Assembly (NCBI GenBank): GCA_039024555.1
Contig: JBCCQQ010000075.1
Span: 1 to 27,787, forward strand
Source: Cyanobacteria bacterium P01_D01_bin.156
GTDB lineage: Bacteria > Cyanobacteriota > Cyanobacteriia > Phormidesmidales > Phormidesmidaceae
Direction: 5' to 3'
DNA length: 27,787 nt
Under the pieces are notes generated by a model that was not told the origin of the DNA, did no database searches, and was given only the letters and a program-made list of their open reading frames with translations. The translations under genes were made by a program, and so were the position numbers. The stretch's first letter is position 1. The number at the start of each line of letters is the position of its first letter. Shown piece by piece: positions 26,502 to 27,787 of this stretch.

Positions 26502-27646
26502 CCTGGATTATTCACGAAGCGGTCAAAGAGGGGATAGAAAAAGAGCCTGAAACGTTTTAGAATCAGGCTCTTAAAAGAATTTATCGTCTCAATTGTGCCA
26601 TGACAGAGTGTGAAACGGAACTGGGTTTTGATTTTTATCAGGATCGTGAGCTGGTGGTTAAATTTTCAGCGCTTGAGCTGAGTTCAGATGCAGGGGTATT
26701 ACTGGCTCGCCAAGCCGAAGAACGGCTGCAAGTATGCCAAGGGATAGCGGATTGCATCGAAGAGTGGCGCGACCCCGACAAAGTTATCCATAGTGTGCAT
26801 CAATTAATCAGTCAACGGGTGTATCAGTTGGTGGGCGGATACGAAGATGCCAATGATAGCAATCAGATGCGCCACGACCCGATCTACAAAATTGCCTGTG
26901 GACGAGTGCCGGAGTCAGGGGAAGACTTATTGGCAAGTCAGCCGACCATCACCCGTTTGGAGAATCAGGTGAGCAAATCGGAAATCTCTGAGATGCGTCG
27001 TTTTTTTGTAGACCACTTCATCGCTAGCCATGAGGTTCCTCCCGAGACCGTGATTTTGGATATTGATGGTTGGGATGCGCCCACCCATGGTCAACAACAA
27101 CTGAGTATTTTCCATGGCTACTATGGTCATGCGATGTATTTCCCGGTGCTCATCAATGAGGCACTCAGTGGGTATCCGCTAGTGATGCAGTTACGGGCGG
27201 GCAATAGTCATCCAGGCAAAGGGGTGGCCGGTATCCTACGGTGGCTATTTTGGCGACTGAAACGAGCCTGGCCAGGGGTCAAGATTCGGTTTCGCGCGGA
27301 TGCCGGGTTTGCCTTGCCCGAAATCTTCAGGGTATGTGAACGAGCTGAGGTAGAGTATGCCATCGGCTTTTCGGGGAATGCAGTGGTCAAGCACAAGATT
27401 GAGGCCTTGCTTGAGCAAGCTCGAGTGCTCATGTGTCTGACTCAACACAAAGCCCGTCTGTTTGATGACGTCTACTATGCGGCCGGGAGTTGGGCCGCGC
27501 CTCGACGGCTGATCATGAAGGCAGAATGGCTCCCCAAAGGCCCCAATCCCCGATTTGTGATCACCAATCTCGACCGCCCAGCCCAGGACGTCTATGACAC
27601 CTTTTATGTCCAACGGGGGGCCGATAGTGAACATCGCATTAAAGAA
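26502..27646 (+). mobile_element. IS1380-family insertion sequence, left portion, interrupted
   Basis: Candidate left end CCTGGATTATTCAC at 26502 (CC-starting, as in IS1380 ends; not confirmable without the right end). Perfect 10-bp hairpin AAGAGCCTGA/TCAGGCTCTT (26541-26572) ahead of the transposase. Confidence 0.7.
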
Positions 27647-27709
27647 ATCGGGTATCAACTTAAGCCGCAAAAGTATTTGCGTATAAGGGCTTCAGCTGTT
27701 GTGCTTTAG
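26600..27709 (+). pseudogene. IS1380-family DDE transposase, C-terminally truncated after ...EHRIKE (~27646)
   Basis: Motifs SSDAG, GYEDAND, LASQPTITRLEN, LDID...HGQQQ...YFP, LRAGN, RADAGF, RG..EHRIKE. The last 20 aa (IGYQLKP...) lack the expected continuation and come from foreign sequence. Confidence 0.88.
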
Positions 27710-27787
27710 ATGACCTACGGGGCATCGGTAAATCACCGACATGATCTAGCATCCACTCAAACGGGTTGGGGAAAGCATACCCAAAAA
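27647..27787 (-). mobile_element. End of a second IS inserted in reverse orientation into the IS1380 transposase
   Basis: The minus strand is open from the window edge to TAA at 27662-27660: FGYAFPNPFEWMLDHVGDLPMPRRSSKAQQLKPLYANTFAA*. From recall this resembles C-termini of DUF6399-type putative transposases. The stop lies within GGTATCAACTTAAG, which resembles cyanobacterial IS4-like termini. Confidence 0.6.

Noticed and set aside
1544..27670. Remaining short ORFs nested in or antisense to the long genes
   Set aside because: They overlap well-supported CDSs and have no recognisable domains.

Overview
Cyanobacterial-type accessory locus (at least 7 HIP1 GCGATCGC sites). It is bounded on the left by the 3' end of an IS66-family element and on the right by an IS1380-family element interrupted by a second IS. 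Between them lies a ~26 kb cluster of apparently exported proteins: five CHAT-domain (clan CD, caspase/separase-like) proteases, all with intact His/Cys dyads; a Tat-signal C14 orthocaspase; a divergently transcribed two-partner secretion pair (ShlB/FhaC-type TpsB and a 1570-aa filamentous-haemagglutinin-type TpsA carrying an ELWxxDGT repeat insert); a putative lipoprotein; a 3-TM TPR protein; and an exported protein with a C-terminal TPR. The most notable signal is an Arg-Gly-Gly loop motif shared by all six proteases, including at non-homologous positions. This suggests an extracytoplasmic Arg-specific protease cascade coupled to type Vb secretion (inference). A small IS4/IS50-ended MITE is inserted in-frame near 19.6 kb. 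All family calls come from motif recognition by eye, not database searches.
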